Source: Heterodontus francisci
Taxonomy: Eukaryota
Assembly (NCBI RefSeq): GCF_036365525.1
Contig: NC_090413.1
Coordinates: 28,410,262-28,474,261 of the forward strand
Direction of reading: 5' to 3'
Length of the DNA: 64,000 nt
In this document: positions 1 to 12,448 of the stretch, in pieces
Layout: each line of letters opens with the position of its first letter
Position numbering within the stretch: the first letter of the stretch is position 1
Position numbers and translations under genes: made by a program
The notes under the pieces: generated by a model
Seen by the model: the letters and a program-made list of their open reading frames with translations, nothing else
Databases searched by the model: none
What the model was told of the DNA's origin: nothing

Positions 1-815
1 TGTTTTCGTTCTCTATTGGTTAGAGACCACCTGGGCAGTAAGTACTTCATGTTGAACTCTTCCCTTACTGAAAGTGTGCAACATTATGGGGTGTATTGGC
101 CACAGCTGACTGTTCCACACCATTGATATGAATTTGAACAATCAGGGGAATTGCTCCATCTTAATGCTGGAATTAATGCGCTGCTTTGGTCACAAAGGAG
201 CCCCCTCCAGGACACCCCACAATTCAACATCAGTGACTGAAAGCTTAGGGGTTTGGAGGAGGTTTATAAAAATGGAGAGATTTAAATAGAGAATTTCAAC
301 GCGTTGGAATCTCCTCTGAGAAATGTCTATTCTCAGGCTTAACACTTACTATAGACTTCAAGAATGTGGTCCACTGTGTTAAAAGGTCCTGGAGAGCTGC
401 TGCTATTAGGCACTGTAACTGTTCTTTACAGTGTTTGGGAGTAAGTGGCAATCTGCCTCATTCTTGCCTTGGGTTGGCAGAATGTACGACTTGGCAGCAG
501 GATATTTGTTTCAGTCTGTCCAAGAATTGCCTTCATTCCTGAAAGCATTGCAGATTACAAACCGTTATAAACTTTATTCTGCTCCTTTCCTCTTTGCGCC
601 AGGGCAGGCTCGTTGTGATGCTCAACACAGTCCAATAGACAGAGGCTGCATCTGTGAAACTGAAATCCAGCAAAACTGTGCTGTAAGAGGGAGGGGAAGC
701 TCTTCACAACTACCTTGATTGTCCATCTGTTGATATTTGTTTGCTTATCTTTTTCTCCCCCTTCAAATCCATTGCTTCCTCAATCACATATGTCCTGTGC
801 CCCCCTCTCATGCAG

Positions 816-1007
816 CTGGCTCAGGGACCTGATGGGCAATTTCGAGGCTTTGCAGTCGTGGAATATGAAGCTGCGGATCAAGCAGAGGAAGTGCAGCAGG
901 AGACGGATGGGCTGTGGGTTGATGGGAACCACGTTCGGGTCTCATTCTGTGCACCTGGACCCCCAGGACGGAGTATGCTTCCAGCCCTGATAGCAGCTCA
1001 AGCTATG
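816..1007 (+). CDS. RAVER1: RAVER1 exon (end of RRM3), LAQGPDGQFRGFAVVEY...ALIAAQAM
   Basis: tgcag| acceptor, |gtgagg donor, 192 nt, phase 0-0, RNP1-like RGFAVVEY. Confidence 0.95.
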
Positions 1008-1458
1008 GTGAGGCCTTATTTTAATTTTTAATGTACAGATTTCAAGCACCAGATAGCCACGACCTCTGTTCGAAGTATAGACTGTGCAAGACTCTCAAAA
1101 ATCTTAACTGGCTTTCAGCAATGGTAGTTTGGAGTGCAAAGAACAATACTAGAAAACAATGGAGCAGTAAGACGTTACTTGATCACAGTGCCCACCATGT
1201 TTGAGTAGCCATTTAGATGAGGTATGAGAGCAGAATGTGCCGGTGGAACTGGACTTCTCTACATCTTCATCTCTTATTTTTTCGGAGTGGTGTGGGGGGT
1301 GGTGGTGGGGAAGAGAGCAATCCTGTGGTCATTAAAAGAAGACTGCCGTACAGTCTCTGAATATTCCATGGAGTATTGCTTTTAAGTGCAAAGCTCACTG
1401 TTACTCGCTTATTTTAGTCATTAAATCTTGTCTTCATTTGTTTTAATTCTTCTTGTAG

Positions 1459-1588
1459 GCAATGAACCGTGGAAAGGGTCTTCTCCCAGAACCGAATCCT
1501 GTGCAGATTCTGAACAGCCTCAATAATCCAGCAACGCTGCAGCTTCTCCTAAATCCGTTAATTCATGGAGGCACAGGCGCGCAGCAGG
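1459..1588 (+). CDS. RAVER1: RAVER1 exon [19 protein letters not shown]...GAQQG
   Basis: ttgtag| acceptor, |gtgaga donor, 130 nt; [11 protein letters not shown] is conserved in RAVER proteins. Confidence 0.95.
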
Positions 1589-2174
1589 GTGAGAGCAGGG
1601 TGCACGAGCTGCAGTGATTAATATGTCTTTATTCCTAACCGGTTTATCTCCCTTGGTTACTTAGTGTGTCAGGATCCAATGGTGGCAGGTTACACTGGAG
1701 CTACACAATCTGCACTAACTGTCACCATAATCTGTTTACAAAGAATTTCCACTGCAACTGATCACTTAGGCACTTTCAGTGTTATATGTTGTAAGTCATA
1801 TCAAGAAATGTGTGCATAAGCCAGATTTTAATGTGTTGGATCTGATTTTTTGTTCAATTCTCAAAATCTTTCCTCTTGCTGTCCCGTGTAAACATAAGAT
1901 CAAGAGTAGGCCTATCAAGCTGACCTCCTTAGACATGGTAACTTTATAATTTCAGTTCCTTGCCTTTTTCTATTTCAATGCTTTCTGAATATTTCTATTG
2001 CACGTGCAGTGCAGAAGTTCATCTTTAATCCTTAATCTTCCATTGCTTTGTTTGGTTGATTTGGTGCACAGTTATGATGTTTAGCTGTTGTCCTGACCTT
2101 TATACCACTGCTAAGATCAGGTACTGTCCGTTGGGAAGTGCTTGAAGTCAAATAAAAAAAAAATCTTGAGAATT

Positions 2175-2740
2175 AGCAATAGGTGTTGTTGCCTCTCCCT
2201 GGTTGCTCTTGAGAAGGTGGTAGTGGGTCTTTTTCTTGAATTGCTGGAGTCCATGTGATGAAGTTGCTCCCACAGAGGGAATTCCTGGATTTTGACATGG
2301 TGATATAAGTCCAAGTCAGGATGTTGTGTGACTTTATTTTATTTAGAGATACAGCACTGGAACAGGCCCTTTGGCCCACCGAGTCTGTGCCGACCATCAA
2401 CCACCCATTTATACTAATCCTACACTAATTCCATATTCCTACCACATCCCCACCTTTCCTCAATTCCCCTACCACCTACCTATACTAGGGGCAATTTACC
2501 TATCAACCTGCAAGTCTTTGGCTGTGGGAGGAAACCGGAGCACCTGGTGAAAACCTACACAGTCACAGGGAGAACTTGCAAACTCCGCACAGGCAATACC
2601 CAGAATTGAACCCGGGTCGCTGGAGCTGTGAGGCTGAGGTGCTAACCACTGCGCCACTGTGCCGCCCTTGGAGGAAAACTTGGAGTTGGTGGTAGTTCCA
2701 TCTGTCAGCTGCCCTGTCCTGCTAGGTGGTCGGCGGCTTG
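2175..2740 (-). mobile_element. Old CR1-group LINE 3' fragment, split by the SINE at 2333-2667
   Basis: The two flanks join into a sequence colinear with 59815-60100. Confidence 0.65.
2333..2667 (-). mobile_element. HE1-type V-SINE (tRNA-derived head, V domain, CR1-derived tail)
   Basis: The minus strand reads GGGCGGCACAGTGGCGCAGTGGTTAGCAC...CCCGGGTTCAATTC (A/B boxes), then GGAGTTTGCAAGTTCTCCCTG...GCTCCGGTTTCCTCCCACAG (V domain), then the tail GGGCCTGTTCCAGTGCTGTATCTCTAAATAAAATAAA. Confidence 0.88.
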
Positions 2741-2979
2741 ATGTGGCAAGTTTGCAGTGCCAAATGTTCTAGATCAGAAAAACAAGCTTTTTGATACTAG
2801 GGGAGCATCTTGTGCTCTCAAAGCTTCTTTACAAATTAGTGCAAAATAGTTTTTCAGAGTTTCTGATACAATCACCTAATTTTTGAATATTTGAAAACAT
2901 TTTCTTTGTGATTAAATGTTAACTTTAGCTGTGGGAATTATGAACAAAAGATGCTAACCATAATCTTTATTTTCTTCAG

Positions 2980-3083
2980 GAATTTTGGGAGCTGCCCCTT
3001 CAATGCCTCTGCTGGGGAATCCTGGATTAAGTGCAGCCCTCTTACAATTGGTTTTACAGAGCCAGAACCCAGCACAAACCCAG
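2980..3083 (+). CDS. RAVER1: RAVER1 exon GILGAAPSMPLL...QTQ (PRI1)
   Basis: ttcttcag| acceptor, |gtaaat donor, 104 nt, phase 1-0. Confidence 0.93.
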
Positions 3084-6000
3084 GTAAATCTCCAATTACA
3101 CATGCAAGTAATTATAAGCAGGCTGGGGGGAGGGAGGTTGTGTCTTTGCTTTGAAGCTACAGCACAAGCCAGTCAGTGGGTGACCAAAGGAAGTACAATT
3201 GTCTTTGAAGGCTTTGTGTTTTCAATGAGCTTTTTCTTGCTCCTCCCTTCTGTGCCCTCTCGTAGAAGAGCAACCCTGAGCTATTTTCTCTCTGGTATGC
3301 TGCAACTTTAAATGCCACTGCTGTCAGATCAATGTTACGGGCAGTCACGGAAATTAAGCACACCAACTTCAAACATGGTTTCATCAGACTTTTCCTATTC
3401 TAACAATCCTTGAGAAACCTTTGTCCAGTTACTGGCACTCTTTGACCTGCCTTGTTCCTGTGCTTTTAGAGGTTAAAAATGATGCTTGTTATGAAACGAA
3501 TGGAAATGTGCAACTGCACAATTCTGCTTCTATTGATCCAGTTGCATCCATTCCCCACCCCCACCTTTTTTTTTTTTAGTTTCCATGTGTTTGAAATGGC
3601 TGCTGAGTGATTTACAGGCCAAGCGCAAAATGTTAAATTCAACTCTCAGATTGATGATCTGGACCAGAACACTGACCAGAGCTACATATCCACCAGAAAG
3701 CGGGGAGGGTGAAACAGTTAGACGCAAGATAGCTAGTTGCTGCTTGATGAAACAGATATGTGTAAACTGGATAATTAAACAGTTTTGTGTATCAATTAGA
3801 CTGATATACTACCCTTAGTTGTAGGAAGATTGTCCTGCAGATTCCTGTCCAGTGTGTGAGTAAAGTCCCTTCTTAATGTGATGTAAATAGGATATGTTGT
3901 CCCCCACCCATTGTTTCTACATTTGAGTTTAGTCTCTTGGTATGTAGAGATCTGCCAGAAGATTCCCAGCAGGCTGATTAGTGTCTGAATGAGCAAGATG
4001 GATTAAATGTTTCAGGAGTGACCATTCAGCAGAATGCACATATTCCAACATAACATTTTAGACACAGTCCTTCAGGAATGTTAACGCTACCCTTTTTCAA
4101 ATGTTGAACAATCTGGGCATCTCCAACATTTGCTGTTCCCTCTCCAAAAATAAACTGGGGAGAGATCAAACGGTGCTGATAGAATGAGGCAACGGTTTCT
4201 TTGATGTTTAGGATGTCCTGATTCTAAATTCAGACACTCATCTACCAACCAACCCCCCCCCCTCCCCCCCCACCCGCCGTGCTAGATCTATGCCATTTAC
4301 AATAAAATTTCAGGGTAAAAGCAGTCACCCATGCTACATGTGTTCATGAGGAAGTTTAAAATGTTTAATGCAGTGTGCAGTGTCCTTATTGATCTTCAGA
4401 TAAGGGAGGCAAGCTCAACTTGTATTGATAGTCCTGTAAATTCCCGCATTTATAAATTATACAGAAATTAGTGTAGCAAAACTAGCAACACGTGCCTTGC
4501 ATGAGTAAAGATGTACTGTGCCAAAATGGATAAATTATCCATTTGTTGCTTGCTTTTGCTCCCACCTCCTTACACACTTACTACATTTTGCAGCTATGTT
4601 TTTTAAAAAAAGATCTCTTTCTGACATCAGTTTTTTTTTAGTTTTTCATGAGTGGTAAATTTCTTGGAACGCGTAGAGATTGCTCATTCTGAGACTGGTT
4701 AAATGCTGTAACATCTGTAATATATCTATAAAGTTTACAAAGATTCCCTCTTTTCCCCCCCCCCCCCTAACTTTCTCCTCTTTGAAATCATGCTGCAACA
4801 CGCATTTTAGAGTCGCTGGTTAATCTACAGGTATGAGCTGTGATGGTGAGTGTTGACAAAGCACGAGCCCAACTCTGGACTTACTGGACATGCACTTTTT
4901 AGCCTGGTCACTGGCAGTTTTGGATTGTGTTCTGTTAATCCTCCTTGTTATCTGAAATTCACACAGGCTGACAATTGAAGCTGTGACATTCTGGTCTGCA
5001 TGTACTTAAACACCAAATCAGTGGGGGAGAACTTGGTTAGATGGATGATTCCCGAAATCTCATCCTCTGTCTCAGCAGTTGTCACTTACACCATAGTCTC
5101 CATTAACACGTGGAAAGTATTGGTTCAGTAAAATTAACATTGCCGTCTAATAATCTTGAAGATTTGAATGTTTCAGAGCTCACCTTGAGCTGGTGTTGAA
5201 GCACATGAGTCACCATGCATTTTCCTATTGGCTAATTTTAATGAGCAAGTGCTGGTGGGTGTTGAAATCTGTGTGGAATGGCAGATTGTATATGTTAGTA
5301 TAAAATGTTAAAACCCTGTGTTTCTTAAAAATTCAGTATGATTATAGCTCAAGCATTCAGTAGTTATACAGTATGTACAATGATACTTCTATCAGAAAAT
5401 GGTTTTACTTAGGGTGATATAAGTATTTCTTCATTCCCCAAGTAAATTCAAAGGCCAGTTTGACGATATCTTGAAAAGGCAACAAGCTGACTTGTTTTAT
5501 TCTTCCTCACACTTTCTCCACCTTCAGGGTGGGAGGGGAGATTGGAAATCTTTTCTCACTTTTTATCCAATAATTAAAACTCAGTCTCCAGGTCAGATGC
5601 AGAGATTGCTCACCTGCGCGTGTGTTGACCTCAAAGCAGTTTACCCAAGTGTGACTTTTCTGCTGGCTTGCTGCCTGAATAAATCATGAGGACCATCAGA
5701 TTGCATCAGCTCTTCTACAAAGTCAAGTCAGAGACCACCTTGAGACCTTGCATAAAGGCTTTCTTGTGAATTAAGTGTTTGCAAGGTCCTTCTAAGTGAT
5801 ATGTGACTGTGTTACTATGCAATTGCTGCCTTTTGTCATTTTGCTGCTTACTGAGATCATCTCAGCCTGAAGTTATCATGCTGCAAGTTGCCCAATAAAT
5901 TTATAGTTGAAACTTATTCTCATTTCCTTACTTTTCTGAAGACACTAGCCTATCTGTCTTAAAAATCTTTTTGTTCAATAATGCAGTGGAATGATCCCAG

Positions 6001-7382
6001 ACCTACATTCCAATTACAGAATTACTGGGGAATTGTGATAGAGTAGCTGCTACTACTGAGTGAATTAGGGGTCACTCTGTTAATCCCACCACTGTGGATT
6101 AAATTTCCTTAAGGAAGCTAGTCTAGAATACACAAACTCAATTCACTCACGACCCTTTTAACCAGTGTCAGAAGAAAGTTGTTTGCATTTTCTGGAATAA
6201 TATGTAAGCAGTGCTCCCTAGCAACCAGAACCCTAAATCCTAATGAACTGTCAGCACCCACCATGCTGAAAACCATCTGCAGCTGAATGCTTTCAGGGGG
6301 CTGCTGTGTTTTTTGAAATTTGGGCCCAGTCATTCCTAGGAGCTCTCGTTTTTTATTATATAGTTTTAAAAAAAAAAATCTTGTTTCTGTATTGAATATT
6401 ATGTCATTGCAGAAAACAGGCAGAGGTTCCTTTTCATATTTCTGTTTTTGGCACCGTTACTTACTGTGTATTGTCAGTTCTCACTGAAACTAGCAGTGCT
6501 CTAGTTCAGTATTTATATCCTGACAATTGAGCAAGTGTATGTAAAATTTATTGAAGTCCATAGTTTTTAAACTTGTTTTTCCTACCCTGCCCATCCTTGT
6601 TTTCCTCTCCTGAGATTAGTAACTCACAGATATAGTTACACTGGCAGCTGCCAAGTGGCTGTTCTTCATGTGAGAGTCTAGACAATGAATGTTAGCAAGT
6701 TAGAGGGGGCATCGCAGCAGCACTTGATCCTTGTGTGAGATGCACAAAATGTAGCATTTCTGTTGCTACTGCTGCACATAGGAGGGATGGAACCTGGATT
6801 CTTCCTGACTTTATAGCTCAGGACCACAATCAGGTACTGGATATATCACCACATGTTGGGAAGTTTAGGAATGGTGCAATGGACTGTATTTTGATAGTGT
6901 AGTGCTAAAGCAAACAGCTAGCAGGTGACCAGCTCACATACATCAGTTAAATGGTTGCCTTGAGGGCAATGTGGCAGGACTCCAACAAAATGCTAGAGGA
7001 GGAGAAAGTTTGAGACTCTAATATTTTACCTGAGAGTGAAACTATATAGTTTCAGATGGGACTTTATGGTTAAAAGTCTGCCTCATGGCATGGACTCGAT
7101 GGGCCGAATGGCATCCTTTTGTGTAGTAATTGACTTTACATGCTGGATTTAAAGAGTGTCAGTCTCTTAGTTAGTGAAATAATGAATATGACTCTTGCTT
7201 TCAGGATTCATAGGGAGCTGACTAGTTGATTGGGACCTATTAAATAAGGTGGCTTTTCTCCTGGCACTGTGGAATTTGATAGCTTTTACTATTGCACTTT
7301 TCTGTTGATCTATTCATGTAATGACTGACCTTTCATTCTCTACTGCACCCCCCTTTTCCTCTCTACACCTGTTGTGCCCTAG

Positions 7383-7469
7383 AATGCTTTACCTGGGAAT
7401 CCAGTTTTTCTGCAGAATCTGGTTCGGTCCCAGCTGATGCAAAATAAGGAGAACCAGGCATTCCTCAAT
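7383..7469 (+). CDS. RAVER1: RAVER1 87-nt exon NALPGNPVFLQNLVRSQLMQNKENQAFLN (probably a cassette exon)
   Basis: long pyrimidine tract and tag| acceptor, strong |gtaagt donor, phase 0-0, open frame; resembles the recalled RAVER2 segment GNTSNLFLQNL. Confidence 0.75.
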
Positions 7470-9385
7470 GTAAGTCCTAGATTGTCATACTAGGGTTTGC
7501 CTTTCTACTAATTTTGGCCTTGCCGTACAATTTTAAGTGGTGGCTGATAAATTCACTTATTTGTTGCAATAATCAGAAAAATGAATTCTAGATTCTGAGC
7601 AACACTATTACTATGACTGAGAATGAGCTCGTTGAGGCTGTTGGTCGGCAATGGTGATTAATCAACATATTCCCTTTATACTGTTTAAAAAATATGGAGT
7701 GTTTTATTTAACAAAAATTAGTCAAGTCTTTCTGATCTTGAATCAGTGCAGTTGTCTAGTTCACACGTTGTCATTCATAAAAAAAAGTAGAGGAGGCACA
7801 CTATTTGTGAGCTTGTCTTTCGCAGGGCTCTACAGGATTCCATTGAAGTATAATAGGCTGCCTGGCATGTGAAATTAATTTGGTTTCTGTTGCCTTTCTC
7901 CCCTGGTTTTTAATCTTGCTCTGCCTCTTTTTATCTGTTTCTCCCTCCACTTGTACATATTTAGAATCCATTTCACATTACAGGTGCAGTTTACTCGCAC
8001 TAAAAAAGATGAACGTGACTGTGATCAAACTGTAAGAAAAAAATTAAAAATTACACCTGAGTAACCCCTGCTTTCAATCATGAGAAACTAATTTTTTGTG
8101 GAAAAGCTTGCAGGAGAGGAACTAATAGTGGCATTGTGCCCACTACCGATGGACATCAGGCCACGTTTTATTTCGATAACATTCAGGGTCTCTGCTGCTT
8201 TATAATTCTGTGGCTCTGGAATTTTGCCCCACTTTGTCTCTCCCTGTGTCCTCACCCCCGCCCAGCCACTACTACTTTTGTTTTCTAGCACCAGGTTGTT
8301 CCCATCCCCCTTTTTAACAGTTGGAACCAGTGCTTGGTGTTTGGAATTAGAATGGTGTCACTTTACACCACTTAAATCCTGTCAGTTTGCACTTTTCTTA
8401 TCCATGCATTTCATACCTTGCACCCTTGGCCCTTGTTAATCCCCACCCCCGTATGACTTTTGTTCCATAATCAGCTGGATTTGCAGAAGCTGGTTCCAGT
8501 TTAGTAAATTAAGCGTGAAAGATGAAAAGTGCCTGTGGCGTAATGAACTACAAGTCAGTAGCGGCTTATCCATGTCTGCTGTTTGAATTCAGATTCTCAG
8601 GACATAGCCGTCCGTGAACTGGCTCTATTTGCGGGGCTAAATCCTTCTCCCATTGAGAGAGAAATTGTCTGCCAGATTTAGTAGTGTAAATACGGACATC
8701 AGTCTCCTGGATCCAAATTTAAAGGCTGACGATATAAAAGCAACTGAGTGGGATTAAATCAGTATCATTCAGATTATCGTTGATTTCTTGCTGGGCTACA
8801 GTTTAATAGGTGTTGATCTCTTTTGAACTTCATATAAGGAACATTGACAATGAATATAGATTGGTTACTCAGCTCTGGAGGGCACCATAACTGAGGCCAA
8901 AGTACATCTGCACTTTCCAGCAGGGGTTGCTAGGTCAGGAGTTCTGACTGAAGAATGTAGAATGAATAAAAGGTGAGTGGATAAGGAGTTCCCACAGTTA
9001 CAAACTTCTGAAAAGATTGAGTTGATCAGAAGGCTCAGCCATTCATTTTAATGTGAATGTGTGGAGATGTTGGGAGGAGAAACCAATATTTGGTACAAAG
9101 AAAAATAAAGCTTTGAGCAGCAATGACAATAGTTGTGTCAAAAAAAAGGTCTTATTGCTGTTGGCTGGAGGGGAGAGAGATTAGAGTCTACAAGTAAGAG
9201 GCGCGGTGTTTTGGACAAATGAGATTGGGAGTTGTTGGGAATTTCTCGTTACTGGATTATACTTTATGCTGTGTTCAAGTAATTGGCACAGCCCTGCATT
9301 TATTATCCTGCTAACCAATTAAACAGAGTAATTACATGACCAGGTACAAGAATGGCATTGTCTGTATATGTGTGTGTGTTTTCAG

Positions 9386-9494
9386 AAGCCTGGAATTCTG
9401 GGCGAATCTCCTCTTGCAGCTATGCAGCAAAACCCAACAGGACTTGGTGCCCCTCCACAACCAGGAAAGGGACTTCTTGGGGATTCGCCCACAG
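9386..9494 (+). CDS. RAVER1: RAVER1 exon KPGILGESPL...GLLGDSPTG
   Basis: ttttcag| acceptor, |gtatgt donor, 109 nt; matches human KPGILGDSPL. Confidence 0.95.
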
Positions 9495-10734
9495 GTATGT
9501 ATAATTCTGTAACAGGGCTGCAGTCGCAGGAACCCTTGAACCTTTTCCCACTTTGCACATGCATCTCCCGTACCTTCCCTTGTCAGCTATTGTAATCTCA
9601 GCTGTGTTCTGGAGGAATGCTGTATCTGATTTAAATAGAGCAGGGTTGCTCACTAATCTTTTGAGTATCAGAATCAAACTGATTAGTTTCTCATTGGCCA
9701 CTGCTGATGAGTTACTGATCTGAAGTTGAGGTTCCCATTTGATGGGATTAAATTAAAGCAATTAAAACTAAGTAATTTCTCTAGCAGACGATAGAAGGGA
9801 AAGCTGGAGGACCAGTACTCCTGTTAAATAGGTATGTTTTAATGGGTCTGTCTTTCTCGCTGTGTGCTAACTCCTTCGCAATAGCACTCCCTTGCCACCT
9901 GGAGAGCAGTGGAAGGGGAGGGGATCAGTGCTGTATCCAGCTGGACAGGCTGTGAATGAGGAATCCGAGGCCCATGAAGATGGAGCTCTCCCAATGCCTC
10001 CGGGACAAGGGGAATATGCTGCTCAGTCCAGCGGCCATGTCAGATATCACAAAGATGCAAGATGTAGAAGACTTTTTAATCTGCTGAGCGTTTCAGATGG
10101 CACTGATGTTGAATAAAGCAGACAACTGATTGAACTCAGATTGGGTTGTTGCTGTTGTAATAACTAGAAGTAATGCAGTTTATTTTATATCTTTTTTACA
10201 TTTTTCTCTTTACCAAACATTACTTTCAGCCTCAAATTGCATAGGATCCATAAAGTCAATCCTCTGCCTGTCTTCACCAATATCTGGTATTTCAGAAGTA
10301 ATCTCAAGTTGGTCTATCTTTACCTGCTTCTCTTGTCTGAGGACCGGCTTTAGGTTGACACCTTCCAGCGACCATCAGCAAGATGCATCCCTCCTGTTCA
10401 TTATTGAGATTTTTCAGTTGTGCTTTTAAACTCCAGGGGACTTTGCCTCTTGTAGATAGGTGTTGCTGCCGTGTACAGTGGCCCAGTGCAGAATGGGTTT
10501 TAACCAGCATTGGGGTGAATTACAGAAGTAAGACTTCCACTATATTATTACAATTATGAATAGATGTCACACTAATTTCCCCTGTTGTGTTCCGGATTAG
10601 ATGACAATACAGAACTCTGATTAGTAGAGGATGGTTTGATTCAACAGTTACCTTTTGTTTTGGTAGGGATTTCCATCTTAAAAGTGATTTTAATGAAAGT
10701 ATCTTCTCACTGTTGCTCTTTGTGCCCCTTGCAG

Positions 10735-11006
10735 GTCTAAATTCTGAGATAGCACAGTCCCAGATGAAGCTGCCTATGATGCCAATGGGGGCGATGCAAT
10801 CCCAGCAATATCTTGGACAGATGTCAGCAGACATGCAGGAAATGATGGAGAATCCATCACATTCTCGGCAAGTTACTCCTCCTCCAGTTACTCCGGCTCC
10901 TCTGCAAGGAATCCCCACATCTATCCTCGGCTCTGTGCTCAGTGATTTGAAGAAACAGAGGAAACAAAACATGTCACAAATGGCTGAACCAGTCTCCACA
11001 TCTGGG
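10735..11006 (+). CDS. RAVER1: RAVER1 exon (Met/Gln/Pro-rich low-complexity region)
   Basis: ccttgcag| acceptor, |gtgaga donor, 272 nt, phase 1-0, bridges the neighbouring exons in frame; QVTPPP resembles human QLTPPP. Confidence 0.85.
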
Positions 11007-12357
11007 GTGAGAGGCCAAGCTTTAAATGTTTGAGGGATCACACTGGACTTTCTCTTTCTACAGTATCATTGACAATTCCTTACAGCTAATTGTTTAGTCA
11101 GTTAGTGTGTGCTTTTTTTGACGTTTACAAAATTTTGATTGGGAGTGAGTGAAGTACAAGCATAGAGTTTGGATTGTGAATATCAACTGAGACTCGAAAT
11201 TTAAATGTATACTGTTAGTGCGATCTAAGTTTTTTTTTTAATGGTTCACATTCCATATACCATGGTTGATTTAAAATTAAGTTAGGCTTGTGTTTAAAAT
11301 GCACAATTAAAACTACATTTTTGGGAGAAAAAGCTGCTTTATTGTAATTGCCACCAGAACGATGATCTCGCAATAGAAACTGTATGCAGACAGCTAACAA
11401 GTAGCAAAGTTAGTGTGTGTGGCTCTTGGGCAATGTTACTGAGATGTAGCATGGCTCATTTTGCAATTTTCTCTTTCTTTATATATTAAAAAAAAAGGCC
11501 TCCCTCTGAAATATCATGGGCGATGTAAGAATTTGTAGGAAGAGGATGAAGCTGCTTGGACTAGCTAACTACCGCTTTCTGAATGGAATCATTGCTCTGA
11601 TTGTACAACTGAACTTCAACCCGCACACCCCAGCCACTACTACAGTGCATCAGTTTCTTGATTCTGTTTGCATTTTGCTTCTGGCCAGATTTGGTGCCAA
11701 AATCATGTCTGCAATGAGCTAAACTGAATTTCCATCAGATCTTTTACTGAAGGTCTTGGTTATGAAGCAGACTGAGATCACCAAGTCCCCTTTGTCTTTA
11801 TTATCTTGGGGCCTAGCTCCACGAGATAAATGTTTTTCTGTAGACCCATCTCCTGACTATGTAACAGTATCGAGCTGGCGTAGTGTGAGTGCCTCTTGCA
11901 GGTTAATATGTAGTCTTCTCTCTTCTCCCCCCCCCACCCCCAGCATTTCTCCTATCTAACAGTGGAGCAGGGCGAGGTGGTGGACAGTTAAAACCAAACT
12001 GTGCTGCTTTAAGAGCTCGAGTTCATGTAAAGTGGACTGTCCTGACCAACTTATTTAATGGTAACCAGAGGATTTACTACATTTTGGGAGTAAGCGGTAT
12101 CACCATAGGACAATTCCTGATCTACATTGGACGTTTATTCTGTTTTAGGATGGCACGGTAGCCCCATGCCAATTCATCTATTGGGCCAGGTGCCTCTATA
12201 TAAAGAGGGAGGGAGAGCAAATTTGTCTCTTTCAGGCAGTGTGATTAGAAAAAGCCTAGGAGTATGGTGCCTAGCTGGGGTAATTCAGTGTTTCTGGTGA
12301 GAACAATGAGGGGGAACTCTGTGCTGCAAATAATGTACTGCCACTTTTATGTTGCAG

Positions 12358-12448
12358 CCATCTCTGTTGGGAGAACCACCAAAAGACCTTAGGATCCCTC
12401 AGAATCCATATCTCAATCTGCGAAGTGTGTTCCCTGTTAATCTGCCTG
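12358..12448 (+). CDS. RAVER1: RAVER1 exon [30 protein letters not shown] (main PTB-binding PRI)
   Basis: ttgcag| acceptor, |gtaagg donor, 91 nt; SLLGEPP hallmark. Confidence 0.96.

Noticed and set aside
2590-2667. tRNA gene
   Set aside because: tRNA-like A/B boxes are the head of the HE1 SINE; the same applies to 40778-40850.
9892-10116. Protein-like 74-aa ORF as an in-frame RAVER1 exon
   Set aside because: The good acceptor at 9884 puts it out of frame with the upstream phase-1 donor; only a rare GAG acceptor would fit. Kept only as a possible terminal exon in another frame.
10520-11041. 173-aa minus-strand ORF
   Set aside because: Antisense shadow of RAVER1 exon 10735-11006; no recognisable domain.
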